A DNA stretch of 64,000 bases. Origin: Fidelibacterota bacterium (GTDB lineage Bacteria > Fidelibacterota > Marinisomatia > Marinisomatales > JABMOV01). The position numbers and the translations under genes are program-made. The notes below the pieces were generated by a model. It was not told the DNA's origin. It made no database searches and saw nothing but the letters and a program-made list of their open reading frames with translations. Positions 1 to 8,139 of this stretch are shown here, piece after piece (the first letter of the stretch is position 1; each line of letters opens with the position of its first letter). The stretch is from assembly GCA_046861395.1 (NCBI GenBank), contig JBHHUC010000002.1:28677-92676 (forward strand), in the 5' to 3' direction.

Positions 1-205
1 GACCGGCTGTTAATCCGCTAATCGTTCCGGTAACTCTGATACCGTGAGCAGCCTGAGAAAAACGAACAATGCCTTGCACCGAACTCCCCTCTGTAGGCTG
101 CAATATCACGATGGCCGATTGTCCCACAACCAATGACAGCATGATTAAACCGGGTAAAATGGATTTCCCAAATCCTTGTAGAATATTGATAATGTTCATT
201 CTCAT
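1..205 (-). CDS. sodC: Cu/Zn superoxide dismutase, N-terminal part (gene continues past the left edge)
   Basis: Manual reverse-strand translation from the ATG at 203-205 gives MRMNIINILQGFGKSILPGLIMLSLVVGQSAIVILQPTEGSSVQGIVRFSQAAHGIRVTGTISGLTAG... A signal-peptide-like start is followed by the V.G.V.F.Q....V.V.G.I.GL..G pattern that precedes the HGFH copper site of SodC. The catalytic residues lie outside the window. Confidence 0.5.
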   Translation of the reverse strand, partial: MRMNIINILQGFGKSILPGLIMLSLVVGQSAIVILQPTEGSSVQGIVRFSQAAHGIRVTGTISGLTAG

Positions 206-272
206 TTCTCCTTGTTGCTGACTGGCAATTTACGACTGTTTGAACAATCGGAAACTCGGGAAAAGCATCTCC

Positions 273-707
273 CTAACGTCTCATTGTCAGACGGCGTTCG
301 CCCTGGTTCAAGACATAGAGCAATACCAGCGGAACAATAAGCCATTGTAAAACCGGAATGATACCTACATTTATACCGGGAATGACGGGCATCAGCGGTG
401 AATAATCCCATCGGCCCAGAAGATAGATATTAATCCATTCCAATACAATGGTGAGGAGAACCCCCACGGACAGATATACGACATACTGGCTTTTTCCGGG
501 CGAACGGTACCAGTCCGGAGCGTCATCACGATAGCGAACCGTCAGATAGGCCAAAACGGAAATGAGCCCGTCACCAATACTGGCCCGGGTACACATCCAG
601 TTCATGGCGGTATAGGATTGTTCGGCCGTAAAGCGGAAAAACGGCATTTGCCACATTTCCCAGACAAAATTCAATAGAAAAGACAACAGGAAAACGACGG
701 CCATCAT
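273..707 (-). CDS. Hypothetical polytopic (about 4 TM) membrane protein
   Basis: 144-aa ORF with hydrophobic segments, 6 nt downstream of the preceding gene on the same strand. No family recognised. Confidence 0.45.
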   Translation of the reverse strand: MMAVVFLLSFLLNFVWEMWQMPFFRFTAEQSYTAMNWMCTRASIGDGLISVLAYLTVRYRDDAPDWYRSPGKSQYVVYLSVGVLLTIVLEWINIYLLGRWDYSPLMPVIPGINVGIIPVLQWLIVPLVLLYVLNQGERRLTMRR

Positions 708-713
708 TGTGAA

Positions 714-1091
714 TTACGGAACCCGGTTGGTGGTTGAATCCGGCTGCGACGGCAGTACTCTGAAATAGGAAACCTGGAACCGTCCGTTCCGAAGTTCGCC
801 TGATACTTCCGCCCGGCGAATGGTTTCACAGAAACCGTCATCGGCATGGGCGTCGCCGTGGTCATCAATGTGGGTTCCATCGACAAAATAGGCCTTACCG
901 TCCACGCGAATGGCCAGGTCGCAACTAGTTCCTTCCAGTCCAAACTGACATTCACCGCAGGATGCTTCCACAATCTGCTTTTCGATTTTCATCGTACTTT
1001 CCTTTTCTTTTCCCATGATATCCTGCGCCTGAAGGAACGAAAGCACCAACAGGGATACAGTAAAAACGGTTATGAGTGCTTTAGTCATCAT
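714..1091 (-). CDS. Small secreted Cys/His/Asp-rich protein (possibly DUF6370-like)
   Basis: 125 aa with a signal peptide (LLVLSFLQAQD). Motifs SCGECQFG, TSCDLA and HIDDHGDAHADDGFC. It overlaps the upstream gene by 11 nt. The family name comes from memory only. Confidence 0.45.
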   Translation of the reverse strand: MMTKALITVFTVSLLVLSFLQAQDIMGKEKESTMKIEKQIVEASCGECQFGLEGTSCDLAIRVDGKAYFVDGTHIDDHGDAHADDGFCETIRRAEVSGELRNGRFQVSYFRVLPSQPDSTTNRVP

Positions 1092-2148
1092 GGCCTTCCT
1101 TGTCCATGGTTTGTACCGTAATGGATTTTATTCTGATAACTCCGGTGCCGTTCATATATATACCCACCGGTCCGGGTGGCAGATCACCGGCGTGGCTGTG
1201 CAGAACCAATTTATCATTTACATGGAAGCGAAAATGGCGTTTCATACCAATGACCGATAATTTTGCCGGACCGGCCAAAACATATTCGCCACTGGTTTCT
1301 ATATTCGGTGTTCCGTCTTCCATCCGACCCATTTCAGCCACCTGAGGTGTCAGGGATAAAAAGTCATAATTTTTCATATTGTTGAAATGATGCAGAATCT
1401 GGAAATTTCCGTCGAAGCCGGATAAATCGACGGTGACATCGATCTGAACGGCGGCCAAAGTATCCCCCATGACGAACAACACGGGTTTCTCCTTCGGATA
1501 AAAAGCCAAATGTGTCCCCAGTTCCGGCTTTGATTCGACGGCCAGAGAAATATCGTCCGGCGATCCGACCTGCCACTGTACCTGATCCACCCAATCATCA
1601 GATTCGTTTTCCCCCGGTGTCCAGGTCCAGTTTCCTTCCTGTGACAGGTTGAAGTAGTGTTCTGTTTCTTCTTGTACAACGCTTTCACTGGATTCAATCC
1701 CCGCAACCGCCAGACCGTATTGATAGACCAATCGTCCCCCGTGATCGGCGGTGGCAGCCAGAAGCCCGGCGCCCAGCAAACCGGTAACCAGGAGAAGTCC
1801 GTCTCCCTTTTTTCCCTGCCAGGTCTGTCGATACCAATAGAGCAGATACAGAATACCGTAGGCCAGGAAGAATAATAATGTCCACAGGGCCAGGTCGGAA
1901 TGTTCAATTACGGCTTCATTGGCCAGGAATGGTATCTGGACCGAATCGACGGCAATTCTTCCGGAAAACCAGGTCACCACCAGGCTCAGGATGCCGATAC
2001 CCAGAATGATACCGTTTACGGTACGCCAATACGATTCCTTCAGAAACAGGGCCACGCCTTGCAGCAACAAGGCCAATAAGAGGATCCCTACAGGGAAGTG
2101 TACAATCAGCGGATGCAGGTTGGGCATCCAGGTTGGTAAAAAATTCAT
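1081..2148 (-). CDS. DUF2231-type membrane domain fused to a DUF1080/LamG-like beta-sandwich domain
   Basis: 355 aa. The N-terminus HPLIVHFPVGILLL plus ADHGGRLVY is typical of DUF2231 (4 TM, conserved His). The C-terminal half ends in the pattern PGPVGIYMNGTGVIRIKSITV, typical of DUF1080 jelly-roll domains. AAGGAG lies 6 nt upstream of the ATG. Confidence 0.6.
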   Translation of the reverse strand: MNFLPTWMPNLHPLIVHFPVGILLLALLLQGVALFLKESYWRTVNGIILGIGILSLVVTWFSGRIAVDSVQIPFLANEAVIEHSDLALWTLLFFLAYGILYLLYWYRQTWQGKKGDGLLLVTGLLGAGLLAATADHGGRLVYQYGLAVAGIESSESVVQEETEHYFNLSQEGNWTWTPGENESDDWVDQVQWQVGSPDDISLAVESKPELGTHLAFYPKEKPVLFVMGDTLAAVQIDVTVDLSGFDGNFQILHHFNNMKNYDFLSLTPQVAEMGRMEDGTPNIETSGEYVLAGPAKLSVIGMKRHFRFHVNDKLVLHSHAGDLPPGPVGIYMNGTGVIRIKSITVQTMDKEGHDD

Positions 2149-2442
2149 TTCTCACTCCTTTTCTTCATTAAACACAGGGTGTCTGTCGATCTTACACGCA
2201 TTCTCCCACCATGATTGCATTAAACGATCATCGCTGTTTCTCTCTATTGGAGAAACCGGTTATAAACCCACTCCTCCGGTATCCGACGGGAAAAAGGGTT
2301 AATTTCCCCTATAATCCGACGAAATTCGGAAAAATATACCGGCTGTTTTACCGGAGGTATGGTCCGGGGCGTTTACACCCTGAACTGCCGCAGGCAGGAG
2401 TCAAAAGAATTATTCCAATTACACCGGCCGGGGATCAGCAAA

Positions 2443-2910
2443 TCAGTTTTTCTCCAGCGCTGCCGGAATCATCTCCATCCCGCACTCTGAACATTTGCCC
2501 GGTTCATTGCTGCGGGTATTGGAATGGGACGCCATGGGACAGACGTAAAATTCCGCTTTTTCCGCAGTTGCTTTCTTGACGGCAACCAACGCCATCCCGC
2601 ATTCCGAACATTTACCCGGTTCATCGCTATGAATATTTTTATGCGATTCCATGGGACAGGTATAATACAGGGCTTCGCTGTCGGATTCCATCATAGCCAT
2701 TCCTTTCTTATGTTTCATGTTTTCCATCATTTTATCATGATCCATGTTCTTCATCATTTTGCCATCCATCTTGTGTTCTTTCTGGCCTTTTTCCATTTTT
2801 TGCATCATGGTTTTATCCATGGTATGATCATCCTGATCTTTGTCTTTCTGTTGACCGGAAACCAGTCCAATCGACATGATCAGCATGACCGGTATGAGTA
2901 TTCTACGCAT
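2443..2910 (-). CDS. Secreted Met/His/Lys-rich protein with two heavy-metal-binding domains (HMBD, C-P-M...C-x-x-C-G-M)
   Basis: 155 aa with a signal peptide. A low-complexity M/H/K/D region spans aa 29-75. It is followed by YYTCPMESHKNIHSDEPGKCSECGMAL (2587-2667) and FYVCPMASHSNTRSNEPGKCSECGMEM (2470-2547). Confidence 0.8.
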   Translation of the reverse strand: MRRILIPVMLIMSIGLVSGQQKDKDQDDHTMDKTMMQKMEKGQKEHKMDGKMMKNMDHDKMMENMKHKKGMAMMESDSEALYYTCPMESHKNIHSDEPGKCSECGMALVAVKKATAEKAEFYVCPMASHSNTRSNEPGKCSECGMEMIPAALEKN

Positions 2911-2943
2911 TGTGACTCCTTGTGTGTTGTGAAATTGTTTGTC

Positions 2944-3330
2944 TTACAAGCCCTGAATGATGGATTGCAATTTATCCCTGATTTCTCCGGCAATCCCTGC
3001 CAGTCCGGGGTTCTGAATGGACTGCATGGATGCCAGGGGATCCACCGCAGCGATTTCGACTTCACCGGGTGCTTGTTCCATGACAACCACATTGCAGGGC
3101 AGCATGGTTCCTACTTTCTCTTCCGCCTGTAGCGCCTTATAGGCATAGGGCGGATTACATGCCCCCAGAATGACATAGGGTTTGAAATCCACATCCAGTT
3201 TCTTCTTCAGCGTTGCCTGCACATCAATCTGGGTAAGGATTCCGAATCCTTCCTCTGCCAGGGCAGCGGTCACCTGATCGATGGCTTCGGCAAAATAAGC
3301 CTGGATTGTTTTACTAAAATAATAGCTCAT
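2944..3330 (-). CDS. DUF302 domain protein
   Basis: From the internal ATG at 3330 the product is MSYYFSKTI...GFGILTQIDVQATLKKKLDVDFKPYVILGACNPPYAYKAL..., the classic DUF302 signature. The longer track ORF (to 3429) would overlap the upstream gene and adds an Arg/Pro-rich leader. Confidence 0.7.
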   Translation of the reverse strand: MSYYFSKTIQAYFAEAIDQVTAALAEEGFGILTQIDVQATLKKKLDVDFKPYVILGACNPPYAYKALQAEEKVGTMLPCNVVVMEQAPGEVEIAAVDPLASMQSIQNPGLAGIAGEIRDKLQSIIQGL

Positions 3331-3376
3331 GGTCTTTTCTTTCTTGGTTGAGCGTCCCGATTTTTCATTTCCTTCA

Positions 3377-3781
3377 TTATTTCCGGGAAAAACGCGCATT
3401 ATACTGCGCCATGGTGGCCGGGGACTCAAAGTAGCGGATCAAGCCGTCCTTTTGGGCCCCGATGACAGCAACAGCCTTATCGACGGTCGCGCCGGTTACC
3501 GGGTCTTTCGCCACCCGCAGACCGGCATCTTCCAGTAAGCGTGACTGGCAGCCCTTGCAACAGCCGTAATAGGTTTTATCTCCCACCACAGCCGGAAGCA
3601 ATTCCTTATCAAATAACCGGTCTTCACCCATGCCCATGCAGACATATTTCGCTGCTGCCGGTGTGACGGGTCCCGGTTCTGAAACGGAGGGCGTCATGTC
3701 GTGCTTCATTTGCGCCGGCAGAAATGTAATCATCAGGAAGATCACTGTCAGTAAAAACCGACTCGTACTGTATTTCATCAT
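3377..3781 (-). CDS. Secreted protein with tandem YHS/TRASH-like modules
   Basis: 134 aa with a signal peptide. YVCMGMGED...GDKTYYGCCKGCQSRL resembles YHS/TRASH (compare the CopA N-terminus DPVCNM...[15 protein letters not shown] in this window). A second, Cys-less copy reads DPVTGATVDKAVAV...GLIRYFES. Confidence 0.5.
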   Translation of the reverse strand: MMKYSTSRFLLTVIFLMITFLPAQMKHDMTPSVSEPGPVTPAAAKYVCMGMGEDRLFDKELLPAVVGDKTYYGCCKGCQSRLLEDAGLRVAKDPVTGATVDKAVAVIGAQKDGLIRYFESPATMAQYNARFSRK

Positions 3782-3812
3782 TGTGTCCTGTCTTATGAGA
3801 ATTAAGTCACCG

Positions 3813-4268
3813 TTATTGGTCTGTGGGAGAGTCGCCCATCATACCACCGTTATCCCCCATCATGCCGTCATGATTCATCATTTTACCCTTATGTTCCATT
3901 TTTCCTTTCATCATGCCGCCTTTTTTATCCATCATGGGACAATTGTCGCCATCTTTTCCGTGCATGCCACCGGCCTTCATACCACAACCGGCGCCCATTC
4001 CCATCATCGGTCCGCCGTGCATGGAACCCATCATGGCGTCCATCATCGGAGCCCGGGACTGAAAACGACCGTCTTCCCAATTCCTTACGGCGTAGTAGCT
4101 GGTGCAAAGCAGGGCAAAGAAGGCTAATATCAGGATAAAATATCCCAGGACTCTACCCAGTCCCCGATAAGAACCCGTTTCATCTTTCTGGGCTTTCAGT
4201 AAAACAAAAAACCCAACTCCAAGTGCGATTAATTCCAGCGCAAAGGCTGTATCTGCGAGAAACAACAT
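3813..4268 (-). CDS. Two-TM membrane protein with a Met/Gly/His-rich tail
   Basis: 151 aa. Two hydrophobic helices are followed by MMDAMMGSMHGGPMMGMGAGCGMKAGGMHGKDGDNCPMMDKKGGMMKGKMEHKGKMMNHDGMMGDNGGMMGD. The tail has the Met-motif composition seen in Cu(I)-binding regions of PcoA/CopA-oxidase/CusF-type proteins. Confidence 0.6.
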   Translation of the reverse strand: MLFLADTAFALELIALGVGFFVLLKAQKDETGSYRGLGRVLGYFILILAFFALLCTSYYAVRNWEDGRFQSRAPMMDAMMGSMHGGPMMGMGAGCGMKAGGMHGKDGDNCPMMDKKGGMMKGKMEHKGKMMNHDGMMGDNGGMMGDSPTDQ

Positions 4269-4286
4269 TGTGTTCTCCTTTCCTGT

Positions 4287-5129
4287 TTATTCCGTAACAA
4301 AGGCGATGAAAACACCACCGTTAACCTGGTCACCCATGGATATCATCTCTGACATCATGGTCTGATGGCCATCCTGCATCGTTTCCATGCCATCCATGAG
4401 ACACAACGTATACATCGTTGAATCCATTAACATGGAATCGGGATCAAATACCATGGTCATATCGGTTTCGTTCCAGGTATAACTGCCATCCAGGCCCGAC
4501 ATCATACCCATCATGGGCATTTCCGTCAATTCACCCTGATGTAACTCAATCCGGCTTTCCACCGAATTATGATTTATGGGAACCGAGAACCGAATCTCCA
4601 CGGTTGTCATGGGATTGATCCCCGTACTTCCGGCTGCCGGAGTGACCGACAGAATCCGGGGTGAGGTACGGGCAGCGGTAGTGAAAAAGGAAATAATACC
4701 TTCTTCGACTTCCATGCCATGATCCTGCATTCCCGACATCATCATTCCTTCGCCGTGATCACTGTCCATCATCATTCCCGATTGGAGACAAACCGAATAC
4801 TGGGTGGAATCCATCAGCGTATCCGGATGAAAGGTCATGACCGTCCGCTCACCGTTCCAGCTGAACTGTCCTGCCATCCGACCCATCATACTCTCCGGGA
4901 TCGTACTCAACTGTCCCGCAAATATTCCAAATCGCGATTCACAGGATCCGGTATCCATGGGATCGCTGAACGTCACTTCAACCGCCGTTGTCCGGGCCAC
5001 TTCGGTGGCACCATCCGGGGGTGAAATACTGACAATTTCCGGGGCGTCCCCGTTATTATTGTTACAACCCGTCGCCAGCCATAGAAGGGCTATGATTCCG
5101 AGCAGGATACTTAATTTTCTTTTCATCAA
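4287..5129 (-). CDS. Lipoprotein with two tandem Ig-like (SbsA/Big_5-type) domains carrying Met-rich inserts
   Basis: 280 aa with lipobox LATGC. There is an internal duplication of about 127 aa: aa 30-151 (4677-5042) versus aa 157-279 (4293-4661). Compare LMDSTQYSVCLQSGM with LMDSTMYTLCLMDGM, and ISPPDGATEV..VEVTFS with VTPAAGSTGI..VEIRFS. Confidence 0.65.
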   Translation of the reverse strand: MMKRKLSILLGIIALLWLATGCNNNNGDAPEIVSISPPDGATEVARTTAVEVTFSDPMDTGSCESRFGIFAGQLSTIPESMMGRMAGQFSWNGERTVMTFHPDTLMDSTQYSVCLQSGMMMDSDHGEGMMMSGMQDHGMEVEEGIISFFTTAARTSPRILSVTPAAGSTGINPMTTVEIRFSVPINHNSVESRIELHQGELTEMPMMGMMSGLDGSYTWNETDMTMVFDPDSMLMDSTMYTLCLMDGMETMQDGHQTMMSEMISMGDQVNGGVFIAFVTE

Positions 5130-5144
5130 ATTTTTCCTTTTCTA

Positions 5145-5513
5145 TTAATTAATGGCATGACCGTACATGTTTTTAACCAGCTCCACGACGTAGGCCATGG
5201 TTGACCCGCTGCGCAGATTCGACTCAATGAATTTTTTGGTCGAAATGGCCGTCGGACAGGTACAGGCATTCAGATTTTCTTCGTCACATGAGCCACAGGA
5301 ACATTTAAACTGTTCGGCGATGGCCACCGTCTGCGGACTGAAAACGACCGGCAAGGCTTGTGCTTTCTCCTGCATCGGTGTGTGCTGAGTGTTTTGAACA
5401 ATGCTGCCGATCCAGATTCCCACGGCCAGGAGGATTGCGCTTACGGCCGCATATCCGGCCACACTTTCCGTGCGTTGTTTTGCCCCCTTCTTTGGCTTGG
5501 TTTTTCTGGCCAT
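5145..5513 (-). CDS. Membrane-anchored Cys-rich protein (CcmH/NrfF-like or PCYCGC-like motif)
   Basis: 122 aa with one N-terminal TM anchor, then FKCSCGSCDEENLNACTCPTAISTKKFIESNLRSGSTMAYVVELVKNMYG. The spacing and the trailing ...G.S...V..V...YG segment resemble the CcmH LRCxxC helical module. Five Cys are clustered. Confidence 0.5.
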   Translation of the reverse strand: MARKTKPKKGAKQRTESVAGYAAVSAILLAVGIWIGSIVQNTQHTPMQEKAQALPVVFSPQTVAIAEQFKCSCGSCDEENLNACTCPTAISTKKFIESNLRSGSTMAYVVELVKNMYGHAIN

Positions 5514-5529
5514 GATTGATCTCCTTTTC

Positions 5530-8019
5530 CTATAGTTTCAGGGTCCGTAACCGCAGGGCATTTCCAATCACTGATACGGAACTGAAACTCATGGCAGCAG
5601 CCGCGATGATGGGACTGAGCAACAATCCGAAAATGGGATAGAGAGCTCCCGCGGCCAGCGGTACGCCCAGGGCGTTGTAGGCAAAGGCCCAGAACAGGTT
5701 CTGGCGGATATTCCGCATGGTACCGCGACTGAGATACACAGCCCGGACGATGCCATTCAGATCGCCTTTCACCAGGGTGATTCCAGCACTTTCGATGGCG
5801 ACATCCGTACCGGAGCCCATGGCAATTCCAATGTGAGCCTGGGCCAGAGCCGGGGCATCATTGATACCATCGCCCGCCATGGCCACGATTTGGCCCTTCG
5901 CCTGTAATTCTTTTACTACTTCATTTTTCCGGTCGGGCATGACGTCCGCCACCACATCATCGATACCTAATTGCTGTGCGACGGCTTCAGCCGTAGCGCG
6001 ATTGTCGCCGGTCAGCATCACCACCCGAATTTTTTCCTTCTGCAGGGCCTTGATGGCCTTGGGAGTGGTAGCCTTGATGGGATCGGCAATGCCCATGATG
6101 CCGGCCAGTTGCCAGTCCACTGTAATGAATATCACCGTTTCGGCCTTTTTCCGCAGGCGATCCGCTTCTTCACCCATGGAACCAACATCGATCCCCAATT
6201 CATCCATGTAGCGGCGGTTTCCGATATTGACCACCCGACCACTGACGGTTCCGGATATCCCTTTACCGGTCACTGAATCAAATGCTTCGTATTTCACGAT
6301 GGACAATCCGGTTTCCCGGGCTTTGGCCACAATGGCTTCACCCAGCGGATGTTCACTGCCCTGTTCCAGACTGGCGGCCAGCTGCAGCAATTCATTCTCC
6401 GTGACAACACCGGTGGTCTTGATGGTTACTACGGCCGGTTTCCCTTCCGTAAGCGTGCCGGTTTTATCCACCACCAAGGTGTTGACCTTTTCCATTATTT
6501 CCAGGGCTTCGGCATTTTTAATCAATACACCCGCCATGGCCCCGCGACCGGTGCCAACCATGATAGACATGGGCGTTGCCAGGCCTAAAGCACAAGGACA
6601 TGCGATAATCAGAACGGCCACGGCATTAACCAATGCATAGGCCAGACGAGGTTCGGGTCCGACAAACGCCCAAATAATAAATGTAATGATACTGATAATG
6701 ACCACGGCCGGAACAAAATAGGACGATACCTTATCCGCCAGTCCCTGAATGGGAGCCCGGCTGCGTTGCGCCTCACTCACCATCTGGACAATACGGGACA
6801 GCAATGTATCACTGCCGATTTTCTCAGCCCGCATCAGGAATGATCCGGTTCCGTTGACCGTGGCACCGGTAACCTTATCACCGACACCTTTTTGCACCGG
6901 CAGGGGTTCTCCCGTCATCATGGATTCATCCAGAGTGCTGCTGCCTTCGATAATTTCACCGTCAACGGGGACCTTATCACCGGGACGAACGCGGAGGATG
7001 TCACCTTCCTTGACCTGATCCAGAGGAATATCCTCTTCCGAGCCGTCTTCCCGGACAATCCGGGCCGTTTTCGGCGCCAGACCCAACAAAGCCTTTATGG
7101 CACTGCTGGTTTTATCCCGGGCTCGTAATTCGAGGACCTGTCCCAAGAGGACCAGGGTTACAATGACAGCCGCAGCTTCGTAATACACTTCCACATTTCC
7201 ATCCGGTCCGCGGAACGCAGCGGGGAAAATATGGGGGAAGATCGTCGCAATCAGACTGTAGCCATACGCGACACCGGTACCGATTCCGATGAGGGTGAAC
7301 ATATTCAGATTCCAGCTGACAATGGAACGCCAGCCCCGAACGAAGAAGGGGGCACCGCCCCAGAGAACGACCGGCGTAGCCAGTAACAGTTCAATCCAGG
7401 GTTGCCAGCCACCGCCAATTAACGGCTGATCGGTAAACATGACCGCCATGGTAAGCAGGACCAGCGGCACGGAAAGAATCGTACTGAAAATAAACCGTTT
7501 CGTCATATCCTTCAGTTCCGGATTTCCCTCTTCCTCCGCCGTCACGGTCTTGGCTTCCAGAGCCATACCGCAGAGGGGGCATTCCCCCGGTTCATTTTTT
7601 ACAATTTCAGGGTGCATGGGACAGACATATTCCGTCGAATCTATTCGGGTTGTCACGGGGACAAACGGTTCCAGGGCCATGCCGCATTTCGGGCAGGAAC
7701 CGGGACCGGGCTGCTGGACATCGGGATGCATGGGACAGGTGTAAATCTGATCTTTCTTCCCGGCTTGATGATTATGTTTTTTGGCCTGCTTGTCATGTTG
7801 CTGGTGAGCATCGTGAGAACCGCCGCAACAACGGTGATTATGCGCCGTTGCGGATTCATCTTTCTCCGCTTTTTTCGCACTGGTCACATATTGATCGGGG
7901 TGAGACACAAAGCTGTCATGACAATGGGAAGAGCAAAAATAATATTCTTTTCCTTCGTGCGTTGCCTTGGCGGCAGCAGTGGCAGGGTTTATATCCATAT
8001 TACATACTGGATCTTTCAT
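5530..8019 (-). CDS. copA: Cu(I)-translocating P1B-type ATPase with an N-terminal YHS/TRASH domain and two HMBDs
   Basis: Motifs: CPC ([12 protein letters not shown]), [41 protein letters not shown] lies at 7888-8013. The HMBDs are [24 protein letters not shown] (7672-7743) and [24 protein letters not shown] (7558-7629). The start was moved to the ATG at 8019 because AGGAG lies 8 nt upstream; the track ORF starts at 8055. Confidence 0.95.
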   Translation of the reverse strand: MKDPVCNMDINPATAAAKATHEGKEYYFCSSHCHDSFVSHPDQYVTSAKKAEKDESATAHNHRCCGGSHDAHQQHDKQAKKHNHQAGKKDQIYTCPMHPDVQQPGPGSCPKCGMALEPFVPVTTRIDSTEYVCPMHPEIVKNEPGECPLCGMALEAKTVTAEEEGNPELKDMTKRFIFSTILSVPLVLLTMAVMFTDQPLIGGGWQPWIELLLATPVVLWGGAPFFVRGWRSIVSWNLNMFTLIGIGTGVAYGYSLIATIFPHIFPAAFRGPDGNVEVYYEAAAVIVTLVLLGQVLELRARDKTSSAIKALLGLAPKTARIVREDGSEEDIPLDQVKEGDILRVRPGDKVPVDGEIIEGSSTLDESMMTGEPLPVQKGVGDKVTGATVNGTGSFLMRAEKIGSDTLLSRIVQMVSEAQRSRAPIQGLADKVSSYFVPAVVIISIITFIIWAFVGPEPRLAYALVNAVAVLIIACPCALGLATPMSIMVGTGRGAMAGVLIKNAEALEIMEKVNTLVVDKTGTLTEGKPAVVTIKTTGVVTENELLQLAASLEQGSEHPLGEAIVAKARETGLSIVKYEAFDSVTGKGISGTVSGRVVNIGNRRYMDELGIDVGSMGEEADRLRKKAETVIFITVDWQLAGIMGIADPIKATTPKAIKALQKEKIRVVMLTGDNRATAEAVAQQLGIDDVVADVMPDRKNEVVKELQAKGQIVAMAGDGINDAPALAQAHIGIAMGSGTDVAIESAGITLVKGDLNGIVRAVYLSRGTMRNIRQNLFWAFAYNALGVPLAAGALYPIFGLLLSPIIAAAAMSFSSVSVIGNALRLRTLKL

Positions 8020-8139
8020 TTTAAATCTCCTCTTGGGTTTCGCTGTAGAAATCATGGGCGAAGATGATAATTCCGCGCCGTAATATTTCTTTGATTATTG
8101 CCTGTAAATATTCTTGTTTCATTTTAATCATTATTTATC

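Noticed and set aside
2944-3429. Long N-terminal extensions of several track ORFs (2944-3429, 5530-8055, 9459-10097, 16834-17331, 22250-23113, 40988-41818)
   Set aside because: Most extensions overlap the upstream gene or lack a signal peptide. Internal ATGs either have Shine-Dalgarno-like sequences or restore the expected family N-terminus. Shorter starts were used, and the start choices remain unverified.
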